A DNA stretch of 59,107 nucleotides, taken from assembly GCA_032718475.1 (NCBI GenBank), contig JAUCBJ010001236.1, positions 1 to 59,107 on the forward strand. Direction: 5' to 3'. Positions 48,391 to 59,107 of the stretch are shown piece after piece. The notes beneath the pieces are model-generated. The model was not told the origin of the DNA, did no database searches, and saw only the letters and a list, made by a program, of their open reading frames with translations. The first letter of the stretch is position 1, and every line of letters begins with the position of its first letter. The stretch comes from Nemertoderma westbladi (taxonomy: Eukaryota; Animalia; Xenacoelomorpha). The position numbers and the translations under genes are program-made.

Positions 48391-49025
48391 TCTCGGTATT
48401 TTTCAATATAACCTTATTTTACAATAATATAATATTAATCCCTTTAGATAATTAATTTCCAATTTTATTATCGATTCATGGGTGTAGTTCCTATATTCTA
48501 TTTTAACATATTTATATTTATTGGTCTGAAATAATGATTCAATTTCCCAGTTGCCTCGCTTGGGGGCGTAATGATTAAAAAAAAAAATAATGAAAAAAGT
48601 GTACAGTATCAGTATCAGTGCCCAATATAACACACAGTACAGTAATAGTTATTGTTAATAAATAAACTTTAATTATTTATATATTAATGATCTGATATGA
48701 ATTCCATAAGTATTTATTCTGTACTATTGGCCGTACATTAATATATTGTTGGCACTCATTATATAATTGTCTAGACCTTATTGTATTGTTCTACTGCAGT
48801 ATGGCTGTCTTAGAGTACCAGTTCTTATATAATAATCCCCGATTACGTTAGATACAGGTAACTAATCGTCATGGGTTTAGTTCATTAAATTATTACCAAC
48901 CTGGTAGTGCCGGTAACCCGTAGCATTATTGGTATATACATGATGGAGTTCCAATAACCTGAATGAGTTAGTTACACTGAATGAGTCATGTTGCACGTTG
49001 CGTTAATGCGACGTCTTCTTGAAAT

Positions 49026-50370
49026 ACGATTGCTGCAAAACTATACAATAGAATTCTATTAAATCGCATCAGGGATCCCATTGAGAGACTGCTACGTGGA
49101 AATCAGAATGGGTTCCGTAAAGGTCGTGGGACCATGGAGCCCATTTTGGCACTTAGAAGGATAATTGAAGAGTTATCAAAAAAGAAAGACAGGCATCTGG
49201 CTGTTATCTTTGTTGACTTCTTCAAGGCCTTTGATTCAGTCTCTCGCTCACGTATGTTCAGCATACTTTCATTATATGGGATTCCTGATGAAATTATTGC
49301 AGCAATCAGATCAGTATACGATGGTTCGACAACATTTGTGTCTACTGTTGACGGTGACACAGAACCATTTGAAGTGTTATGGGGCGTCCTCCAAGGAGAC
49401 ACACTTGCACCATTCTTGTTCATTATTGTGGTTGACTATGTTCTCGCATGTCCTTAGATCATCATAATGATGATGGGGTGATGATAACTCCACCTACTGG
49501 CTCCAGAAGTCGAGGAAATCCTGCCAAGTACCTAACTGATCTAGACTTTGCTGATGACCTAGGAGTACTCTCAGAATCATTAGAGGGAGCCCAGCGGCTC
49601 CTCAGCTCATTAGAACATGCTGCTTCTAGTGTTGGTCTTTTTATTAACTCCAGAAAGACCAAAATTCTGACAGTTAACTTTGAAAGTCCTCAGCAAGTCT
49701 CTGATCGGATGAGCATAAGCTCAAAGGATGGTATGCTTGAGCATGTGGACGACTTCTGTTACCTGGGATCATGGATCCGGAAGTCAGGTGAGGACCTTCG
49801 AATACGTAAGGGAAAGGCATGGGCAGCCTTGAATAGGCTTTCCAGGATTTGGAAGTCACCTAGAATTAATCGGAAACTTAAGGTCCGATTATTTAGAGCA
49901 GCAGTAGTTCCAGTACTCCTCTACGGGAGTCCATGCTGGGCTCTAACTGCTGAGGACACCAAATCTCTGGATGGCACATTCACAAGAATGCTACGCCGGG
50001 TACATTGTGTCAAGTACAATGCACACATCTCCAACCAGACACTATATAACATTGGAGGTGTCTCATTGGTTCCCCCAAGCTTGACACTAGAACAAAATCG
50101 CCTCGCTTTGCAGGACATTGCTTTCGCCGTGAGGACCAGCCAGTGCATAATCTTGTACTTTGGCAGCCTCATGGAGTGAATAAGCATGGTGGACAGCCCA
50201 TGACTTTCTTGAGACGCATCTTAAAGGACACTGGCCTTAAAGATGCGGATGATCTAGCAAATGTCATGGGTGATAGGGAGTTGTGGCGGCGCAATTTTGT
50301 TGACAAGCCGGCACAGCATTCTTAAAAATGCAGCTGCAATGCAGCATGCCGATCCTAGTAGTAGTAGTAC
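49026..50370 (+). mobile_element. 5'-truncated, frameshifted RTE-like LINE
   Basis: QNGFR, FVDFFKAFDSV, GVLQGDTLAPFLF, DFADD; (TAG)n tail. Confidence 0.9.
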
Positions 50371-50899
50371 GACTACAGTTTGTTCATGTTATTTATATGA
50401 GACATCATGCTATATCTCCCGGAATGACAGATTAGGGCACGTTTTTTGGTCATAAATGGTGTCACCTTTTTCAGCGACATTTCAACAGCGCTCTATATGA
50501 TGTGACAGTTTGTCACAAAATTTGGTACCCAATTTCCCTGAAACATTACATCACAGAAAGAGTCAATGGCGCTAATGACAGCAAATTCCGTCATCCCTGT
50601 GTTTAGTGGGTTTAGTGAATTTTTTGTGTCTTTTGTGCACGTAGTGGTCATGGTCAGTTGTAGTGTATGTAGTGGAAGTAGTGTATATACATAGTGGGGT
50701 TAGTGGGTGGACATCATGGTGTTACTGGGGTTAGTGTAATTAGTGAGGTTACTGGACAATGGACATAGTGGGGTTAGTGGAGCGGTTTGCGCTGGAGAGT
50801 ATTTTTTCATTTGCGGTTAATTTGCGCCACTATCTGCACAGAATATATTGAAACAAATTTTCAGATAAATTATTGTTTAGTTTAGTAATGACTAAATGC

Positions 50900-51559
50900 C
50901 TGGTGTAACAGATAATTTTACTCCCCATGCAAAATCCCCCCCCCCCCCCCCCCCCCACCCCGGTTAAAATTTCATACTGTATTTTCACTCCCGGTGTATC
51001 AGCACGTAAGTTACGTACGTTAATAAATAAATACTATAGAACCCTTCGAGCAGCACGTGAGTTACACGTAGTAACTGTAGACACTCTATGGCGCTTGGCG
51101 CAGCACGTGAACTGCATGAATGAAATAAATAGAGTATTGGCCGGTCGAGCAGCATGTGAGATACATATAGTAAATGGACACACGGATGGGACTTCGATCA
51201 CCACATGACTTACATAATAAATATGTAGAGACATTGCAGAACCTGTCGAGCAGCACGTGAGTAACACCAATCAAGCTCACAATCATCGATAAAGCACTGA
51301 TGAAATAATCATTTTATTTATTCTCGAACCTATGTGGACTTGCGCAGTGTTACATTACATAGATAGCACACTGGAAAGTAACTGTAGGCTCTTAACGTTT
51401 TTAAATTAATATTGAAATGTTCCATTAAAAAAATCACCCAGTGTAGTTTCAACCCCGGCTAAAATACCCTAGTGAATTCTACCCGTGGGGTGAAAATACA
51501 CTCGTGAATTTTAACCGGGAGTGAATTTTTAGGAGAATGCAAATTATTTGCTACACCAG
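50900..51559. mobile_element. MITE with short TIRs
   Basis: ctggtgtaacagataattt ... aaattatttgctacaccag; internal cgagcagcacgtga repeats. Confidence 0.65.
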
Positions 51560-51819
51560 CTCATGCTTGACACATTATTTCGTTTATTATCAGTGTTTTA
51601 TTATTTGTCACTAAATATAGTGTGTAACTATTCAATGTATATCAAAACAGATTTTAACATGCTGGCGAGATAGCTGTACTACTATATATAATATATATAG
51701 TAGTACAGCTATATATTATATATACCTATGCTCCTAACACAGCCCCCGACAACCTGAGTCAATTAATCGTTTAAATATATATCAATGTAGATATCATTAA
51801 TTGTTATTATTTTATCCAG

Positions 51820-52589
51820 GTAAACTTTACCTCGTTGATTTAGCTGGCAGCGAGAAAGTTTCTAAGACCGGGGCTGAGGGGGAGAGATTGGATGAAGCGA
51901 AAAACATAAATAAATCATTATCTGCGTTGGGGAACGTGATATCGGCCTTGAGTGAGGGGAACAAGAGTCACGTTCCTTACAGAGACTCCAAGATGACTCG
52001 AATACTGCAGGAGTCATTAGGGGGCAACGCCAGGACCACCATAATCATATGTATTAGTCCCGCGGCTTATAATGAGTCGGAAAGTAAATCAACTTTGTTG
52101 TTCGGGCAACGAGCGAAGTTGATTAAAAATACGGTTGTTGTTAACGAAGAGTTGACAGTGGATGAGTGGAAGAAGCGATATGAGAAGGAGAAGGAGAAAT
52201 GCGCGAGATTGCGAAGGTTGTTAGCGGGAGCGGAGTCGGAGTTGGCGAGATGGCGAGGAGGGGAGGCAGTGCCTAGCGAGGAGCGTTACGAGCATACGGC
52301 ACCCCCTGCGACGGGAGCGGAGGGAGTGGTAGCGGAAACACCGCTCCCGGGAGCGACGCCGTTGGTAGGCGAGACGGAGCGCAGTTCCATGCACGAGGAG
52401 AGGAATAAGATTTACGAGTTGTTGGACGAGCGAGATGACGAGATTAATACGCAGAGTCAGTTGATCGAGAAACTGAAGACGCAGTCGATGGAGCAGGAGG
52501 AGTTGATGTCGTCGTCGAGAAGGGATAACGACGCCCTACAGGCCGAGATGGCGAGAATACAGGCGGAGAATGAGGCCACCAAAGACGAG
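51820..52589 (+). CDS. KIF5: Kinesin-1 heavy chain exon 2 (switch II, neck, coil)
   Basis: tccag acceptor; [25 protein letters not shown], neck [12 protein letters not shown]; GAG|gttaat donor. Confidence 0.96.
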
Positions 52590-53229
52590 GTTAATATTAT
52601 ATGTATTTATTTTTTAGTTTATATATATACCGGTACGGGTACAGACACCGAACATAGGAGCCATTAAGGCAGATACAACTAAATATAAACACTTCGTAGA
52701 TACGGGAAGTAACCGCCAGCAACCGTAATTCAGTGTATTTCTTTTAGTTAGGTTTTCTGGTACTTCTGGTCTTATTATATCTGGAAGTGAAAAGAGGCGC
52801 TACTGAAGAGGCCTGATACGCTGAAACGTACGTATAGCGCTGGTTCAACCCTCGGTGACGCGCTTTCTTATTTTTTCCATTTCTGAGTAACTACAGTTGT
52901 TTTTACTTTTTCACATAATCTGATAGTAATGATGGATAATACTGGTATCTATTGTTTTGGTTGTAGGGTGTTATTCTGATTGTTAAATTCCAACCATTTT
53001 TAAAAATTCCCCCCACCCCCCACCAACAGCCCACTAGCTATGCTATTATACTGTCCTCCTGCCATAATCTACATATTCTAAACAAAGATAATAAATTATT
53101 TTTTTACATGCCAAGATATTGCCGTCATTAGAAAAAGTTAATTTAACATTTTATATCCAAGTTCATTATTATACCTTGTTTACTAACTGGTTCAAATATT
53201 CCCTGGTTTGTTCATTTTATGGTCCCCAC

Positions 53230-55846
53230 TAGAGTTGAAACAGAGACCTAATTTTCTTAATACCGGTGAACCAGATAATTATTTTGAAAAATACCGGACA
53301 CCAGAGCCAGAGATCAGAGACTTTAGATTATTTTTGTAGGCCTACTTAAAATTATTGATTACAGCATAAACAGGTACGTAATTATGAACTGAGAACTATT
53401 TTCTATAATCGTTTCGTAACAAACAACAACAATAAATTCTAAATAAAGACGCCAAAAAATAAATACAGCACTTTTACAATTGCAGCACGCAAGTTTAAAC
53501 TTCCAAAACAAAAATAATATTATTCTTCTAATAAAATCAAAGCTTCGTAAATGAATGATGCACAGGACTCGTAAGTAGATTCTAAGAAAAGGTGATTTAC
53601 ACTTGAGAAATCAAGTTGGGGGTAGGATTCCCGGAGATCACCTATAGTAGAGAGCAACTTAGAAGGACATGGGATTCGGTCTGTATAGAACCGCATTTAC
53701 AAAAACGTCTGTCTCGAGGAATACGCGACCACCTGCCAGTCTCGACAGCAAGATACGTGGACATTAAACGGAAGCGTGACCAGGAAATACGGTGGCGTTC
53801 AGAACCATGGACGTAGCTACAGTATACGGTGGGAACCTCAAACGAAGGATTTATAGAATTGTAAAACAGCCGTCGCGTACTGGTAGAGACATTATGCACA
53901 GCTTCTATTAAACCCTCACGCTCCTCGGACGCATAGTTACTGTTGTCCCTCGATAGAATTCGGTCGATTACTAACCTCATTACTAACCTCATGTCCCTGG
54001 CGTGCTAAATCCATGGCAAATATGAGAGGGGAATGTAGGTTCGGTCTGGCTAAGATTGCACTTTCTTTGACGCGTAAGAATAATCGCTTCTGGCGATGGA
54101 AGGCCCAATTCCAAAAGAAGAAGATTGTGGCAAGTCTGAGTTCAGACGTCAATAGCCGACTTCAGCATGTTAAAGTACTGCTTAGTTGCAGGAGCAAAAT
54201 TCGCACCTATCCACGATTCGCAGCTATATAAAATCGCTGTCATAACGCCAGTATTAAATACTTTCATTTTCAACCAAAGAGGACTTACCGCGTGTTTGCT
54301 CAAAAATGAGTGGAATTTTGAAACGTGGTTTACTTTATCAGCTGTTTGTAACTCGACAGCTTTGTTTACGCCTCAGGATTGGACAATTGGGGTCCCTAAA
54401 TAAATATATGATGGGCAGTTCGAAACCTTTAAAACGCTGTCTTTAGTTGCAAAGACAAAATCGGATTTAAATTTAATCTTCTTCTGGTTAATTTTCATAT
54501 TATATTCGTCACAGTAATATAAGAGAACTTAAATTTCTGACTCGCGGATTCCCGTGTTGTCGCTAGTATTGCTGAATCATCCATCAAGAGTAAAGAGTGT
54601 AGATCGAATACTCGAATACATCGTTTAAGGCGAATTACAAGGGGGTTTATATAAAGCACAAATAGGAAACAACTACCTGGTGCGCCCTGCAGTACTCCGA
54701 TACAAGATGTTACTATTGTAGACCCTAAGAAAATTCTTGTACACCTATATAAGGACTGCAATGCACGCAGCATTATCCCCCCACATCCAAGAGTTTTTAA
54801 CAGGGCGAACAGCTTATTTCTAGCGACATGATCGTAAGCTGTGGATAAATCTATGACGATGGTAAATAACTTGAGTCTCTTACTACGGGCATAAATAATC
54901 TATCAGTAATCTGAGAGTCACTATGTGTTCCAGACAACTTCGGCCAAGTTGGGCACCTGCCTGTTCTATTTCAGGCCTGATCCACTGGGATAGACGCTGG
55001 AATAAGATATAGTCGTATAACTTCGCGATACCATTTATAATAGATATTCCACGATAATTCGAGCATAGAGTACGAGAGCCACGCTTAAAGACAGAGACCA
55101 ACCTACTACTACCCCATGACAAGGGGAACGAGGAGCCAGAGAAAACACAGTTAAATACCGATACTAGAAAAAGTATCCATTGAACAGGTAAAAACTTAAA
55201 AATTCCAGGGCCTATACCATCCGGGCCATGCCAGTGGCCTTATTTGGTTTTAAATTGCGGATGCCAGAAGTAACCTCCTCCAAGGATATTGGGGAGTCTA
55301 GGATTGGTATATATATACGGTGAATCATCTGTCGATACAGGTGGAGACTTGGATATATCATTGGCATGACCTAGAAGGGATTCGAAATGTGAAGCGAACT
55401 CCGACTCACTAGGGGAAGCAGATTTATTATTAGCACTTACAGCATCTATGCCGCCTTTCCAGTTTATACGACGCCACAAAAGTCCAGCATCATTACTCAT
55501 TAGATTTAATCAAGTCACCCCAGAGTTTGGAATTGGGGAAAATTGCGGTACATTTAGTATTAGTCATTATTAAAAATAGTCTAAAATTGAATATATAATT
55601 TTATTGAGGCGGAGTATTCAAAATTTTTAAAAATGTTATAAACTTAATAGTTAAAAAGTTATTTATAGAGTAAAAAAATATTTTTTTTATGTTGTACAAG
55701 ATAAATATATATTTTTAATTTGTAAAATCACTGATCTCTGGGTAAAATGTCTGTTTTCAATACCCGGGAACCAGAGACCTATCCGGAGACCAAAAAAATT
55801 GACCGGAGAATCCAGAGATCAGTGACAAGTCTCTGTTTCAACTCTA
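53230..55846. mobile_element. hAT-type non-autonomous element in kinesin intron 2, carrying a nested LINE
   Basis: Perfect 18-bp TIR tagagttgaaacagagac; 8-bp TSD gtccccac (53222-53229, 55847-55854). Confidence 0.9.
53520..55500 (-). mobile_element. Degraded LINE (RT plus C-terminal Zn knuckle) nested in the hAT element
   Basis: NYRGIS, EQAG, GVLQG...LMDD, LAVETGRW...CKCG...ESHVLLSC; many frameshifts. Confidence 0.85.
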
Positions 55847-55994
55847 GTCCCCACATATGTTTATTGTTTAGTATTATTAGGATAACATTTCTTTTTTTTA
55901 TGCAATTTGTTTCGTTTTGTTTATGAAAAAAATAAATATCTTATCTTATAAATAATTAATATTATTAAATAATAAAATAATGTTTATATCTCAG

Positions 55995-57728
55995 GTGAAG
56001 GAAGTTCTACAAGCTCTGGAAGAGTTGGCGGTAAACTACGATCAAAAGAGCAAAGAGTCCGAGGAGAAAGCGAAGACAATAGACGAAGTTAGCGAAGAGT
56101 TAGACCAACGGAGGGTTGAGTTGCGGAACCTGGAGTCGGCGTTCCAGGTGGAGAAGGATCTGGGTAACCAACACCGGAAGCGCGTCAACGACATGCTGAA
56201 CTCGCTGATTAAGGAGTTATCGGAGGTTGTGTCTGTCGTGGGTTCGGTTGGTTCCCCCGTGGAACTGAAGGCCCCGATCTTCGAAATCTCGTCGAATAAA
56301 CCCGAGGAAGAGTTCGCCAAAGCGCGACTCCATCTGGGGCGGTTGAAGGGGGAGGTGAAAGCGTTGGCGACGCGGTCACAAGCGTTGGAGACGCAGCAGG
56401 AGGAGACGCGAGCTAGAGTGGAAGTGAAGGAGAAGGAGTTAGCCGAGTCGTTGATAATACTCGGGCAACGGGACGCCAAGCTGAAGCTGCTGGCTGAGTC
56501 GGTGCGGACTCTCGAAACGAAGAAACGAACCCTCGAGGATCTTGTGGATAAGATGAACGAGGATGCGGCCTCGTTGCAGAGTAAGGAGCAGTTTAAAGCG
56601 TCGATGTTGGCTGAGAAAGAAGTCGAACACGCTGATATACTGGAGTCGGCCAATCAGATGCGAGCCGCGTTGGAGTCGCAGTTGGAGACGCATCGCGAGC
56701 TGCACCACGCGCAGCTGTCCGCGTTGCGGGAGGAGATCGACGAGAGTCGACGCCGCGCGGAGGAGCTCGAGGATTCCAACTCGCAGCTCCAGCTGTTCAA
56801 CCAGCGGCTAGTCGGGGAGGCGGAGACACTTCGCGGCGAGGTGGAGGCGAAGGCCGAGCGGCTGCGGAGGTTCGTACGGGAGGCGGAGGCCCGGGAGCAA
56901 GCCAAGGTGGATCTACGGGGGTTGGAGGAGACGGTGGCCAGGGAGTTGGAGACCTTGAATAAACTCCGGAGGATGTTCGTAGCGGATCTACACAGCCGGT
57001 TGAAGCGGCCGGAAGGTTCGGAAGACGTAGCGGTCACTAACGGAGTTCAGAAACAGAAGGTCACCTTCCTAGAGAATAATTTGGATCAGTTGACTAAAGT
57101 TCATAAACAGTTGGTTAGGGATAATGCGGATCTTAGATGCGAGTTGCCGAAGCTAGAGAAGAGGTTGAGAGTTACAGCGGAGAGAGTGAAGGGTCTGGAG
57201 ATATCGCTGAAGGACGCTAAGGAAGGGGCGATGAAGGACAAGAAGAGGTATCAGTTGGAGGTTGAGAAGATTAAGGAAGCTGTTAAACAGCGGAATTTGG
57301 CGAGGAGGGGGCACGGTGCGCAGGTTGTGAAACCGATACGGGGGGCAGGAGGGGGCATTAGGGGGGGCGCGACGGCTGGTTCGAGTGGTTGGTTGAGACA
57401 GGGGGCCGGTGGTGGAGAAGGGGGGGATGGTAGTGGGGAGGGGGCGCGGGGGGAATCGGTGAGAGTGGAGGGGGCGAAGGGGGATGCGCCGAGAGTGGAG
57501 GGGGTGAGGGGGGAGGGGGCTCGGGGGGACCAGAGGGAGACCCCCCAGCATAGACGCTCGGTTCCCGCGATGCACGGTGGCCGGCTGGCCGCCTCGCCCG
57601 GGGGCGTCACTCCGGACCAGGTGTCCTCATTTAAGCAACGCAGTCGGGCCTCCACGGCCCTCCCACAGCGCCCCATAGCGCCCTACACGGTAACCAACCA
57701 ACGCAACCCCGGTGACGATAAACGTTGA
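55995..57728 (+). CDS. KIF5: Kinesin-1 heavy chain exon 3 (stalk and tail); spliced product ~1059 aa
   Basis: VKEVLQALEELAVNYDQKS, QKQKVTFLENNLDQLTKVHKQLVRDNADLRCELPKLEKRL, IAK-like QVVKPIRG. Confidence 0.96.
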   Translation: MKEVLQALEELAVNYDQKSKESEEKAKTIDEVSEELDQRRVELRNLESAFQVEKDLGNQHRKRVNDMLNSLIKELSEVVSVVGSVGSPVELKAPIFEISSNKPEEEFAKARLHLGRLKGEVKALATRSQALETQQEETRARVEVKEKELAESLIILGQRDAKLKLLAESVRTLETKKRTLEDLVDKMNEDAASLQSKEQFKASMLAEKEVEHADILESANQMRAALESQLETHRELHHAQLSALREEIDESRRRAEELEDSNSQLQLFNQRLVGEAETLRGEVEAKAERLRRFVREAEAREQAKVDLRGLEETVARELETLNKLRRMFVADLHSRLKRPEGSEDVAVTNGVQKQKVTFLENNLDQLTKVHKQLVRDNADLRCELPKLEKRLRVTAERVKGLEISLKDAKEGAMKDKKRYQLEVEKIKEAVKQRNLARRGHGAQVVKPIRGAGGGIRGGATAGSSGWLRQGAGGGEGGDGSGEGARGESVRVEGAKGDAPRVEGVRGEGARGDQRETPQHRRSVPAMHGGRLAASPGGVTPDQVSSFKQRSRASTALPQRPIAPYTVTNQRNPGDDKR

Positions 57729-59107
57729 AACAACCCTCCACGATGTTTTTATTTAACGAATCGATTTGTTATTCGTTAACTGGGAATCTGGAAATTTATT
57801 TAATAATATTTTATTGAACTAACGAACTTATAAATTCGGGTTAGTGTTTTGGTTTCCCCTTATGTGTACCGGTAGGCCCTTATTGCAATAGTGAGTGACA
57901 GCGTTATGGGAGAATTTCACACCACGTCTGCCATTGAAAAACATTTGGAATGTCAACTTAATGATTTACATTAACTTTTGTGCGAGAACCTTTCCTATAC
58001 CATATTATTGTACTACTACTATTACTACTAGGTCGAGCGACCTCGTACATTGTAGGGTAAGTAATATAAACCTGTTATTTATTTTCTTTACATTATCTAT
58101 AAACTTTATTGCTGCGTAACCCATTAACCCGCTAGCTCTTGAATCCATAGTTTTATAAAAATAGTTAATAACTCACTTTACTCGTAATAGTAAATAATTT
58201 ATCTTGTTTTGTGAACATGTTCAGAAAATTTAAATTTTTTTTGCTTTGCGATGTAATTTAAAAAGTCAAATTAGAAAGTAAAATGCCAAACACTAACAAA
58301 CCATGTTTTTTTTTCTATTTTTAGTTTTGCAGTTGGTCTATAGGACTATAATAGATATAGTTTTGCAATATCGTTATCAATCATTGGCAGGTTGTTGGAT
58401 CTAATTGGATTATAGTGAAGTCGTTGATTGGCTATCTATTGCGTATAAATTTTGCCGCTTTAATGAAACCAACCTGTGATTGGCTCGATGATTTTGTGTC
58501 GTTAGACTATATGAAAGGATACTTTCGGACTTATTTACTGTAAAACAGACAGACACAGGTTTGCGGTTTGTTGTGTATTTATTTATTTATTTGCGTATAA
58601 TTTTCGAACTTTGATAAAACTGGTATTCAGGCGTTTCTATGGTGCCGTGTGCTATTGATTCATTAATTATTATATAATTTATTTGTTGTAGTTCTCTAAG
58701 TGTACCATCAGGCAGGTATTCAGAATTATTAATCTGTCTAAAAGTAATCCACAAACTTGACACATAATATATTATCTGACCATTGGAACTTTATTTCGCG
58801 AATGTTAAAATTAATAATTATTACCTATAAGAAGAATCTATAGCTATCTATAGCTAAGTTAAACCTATATTCCAGAGTTGAACGTGGCCTTCTTCTAATT
58901 GTGTCCCTTCTGTGGACTATTATAGAGAATATATTGTTTTGCTACGCGTGTTACAGTACAGTAGTATCGCCTATTTCATTCAATGCGTAAACTTTCTGAT
59001 TTAGTTACATAATTTCTCTATAATTTACATAAACTAACATTATTTTTATTTGATTCAAATATCGAAACAGTATAGCAAAAAATGGCATTTTTGTCTACTT
59101 TGATATT

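Noticed and set aside
47758-48427. SKNIE / IFLLS / SRYFY repeat ORFs
   Set aside because: Translations of the 15-bp minisatellite
56042-57676. Antisense ORFs of 127-203 aa over kinesin exon 3
   Set aside because: Shadow ORFs of GC-rich coding sequence

Overview
AT-rich animal (probably invertebrate) genomic window. It holds three spliced host genes: the 5' part of SUCLG2 (minus strand, running off the left edge), TMA7, and a 3-exon kinesin-1 heavy chain. These lie among satellites, MITEs and broken LINEs. The main feature is a nearly intact 15.9 kb Maverick/Polinton (adintovirus-like endogenous virus) at 22177-38083, with AGTAGT termini and ~1.05 kb TIRs. It encodes pPolB, a packaging ATPase, an integrase (one nonsense codon), two tandem pentons, core/pX-like proteins, a major capsid protein and an adenain-like protease. 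Unusually, it also carries a TATA-binding-protein-like ORF directly after pPolB and a 570-aa PC4-like/unknown ORF whose ATG sits at the right TIR boundary. The layout suggests early genes driven from promoters in the two TIRs and a late structural block possibly switched on by an element-encoded TBP (inference). A second oddity is a 7.8 kb SUCLG2 intron made of ~250 tandem copies of the exon end plus its GTGAGT splice donor. All homology calls come from motif recognition by eye; no searches were run.
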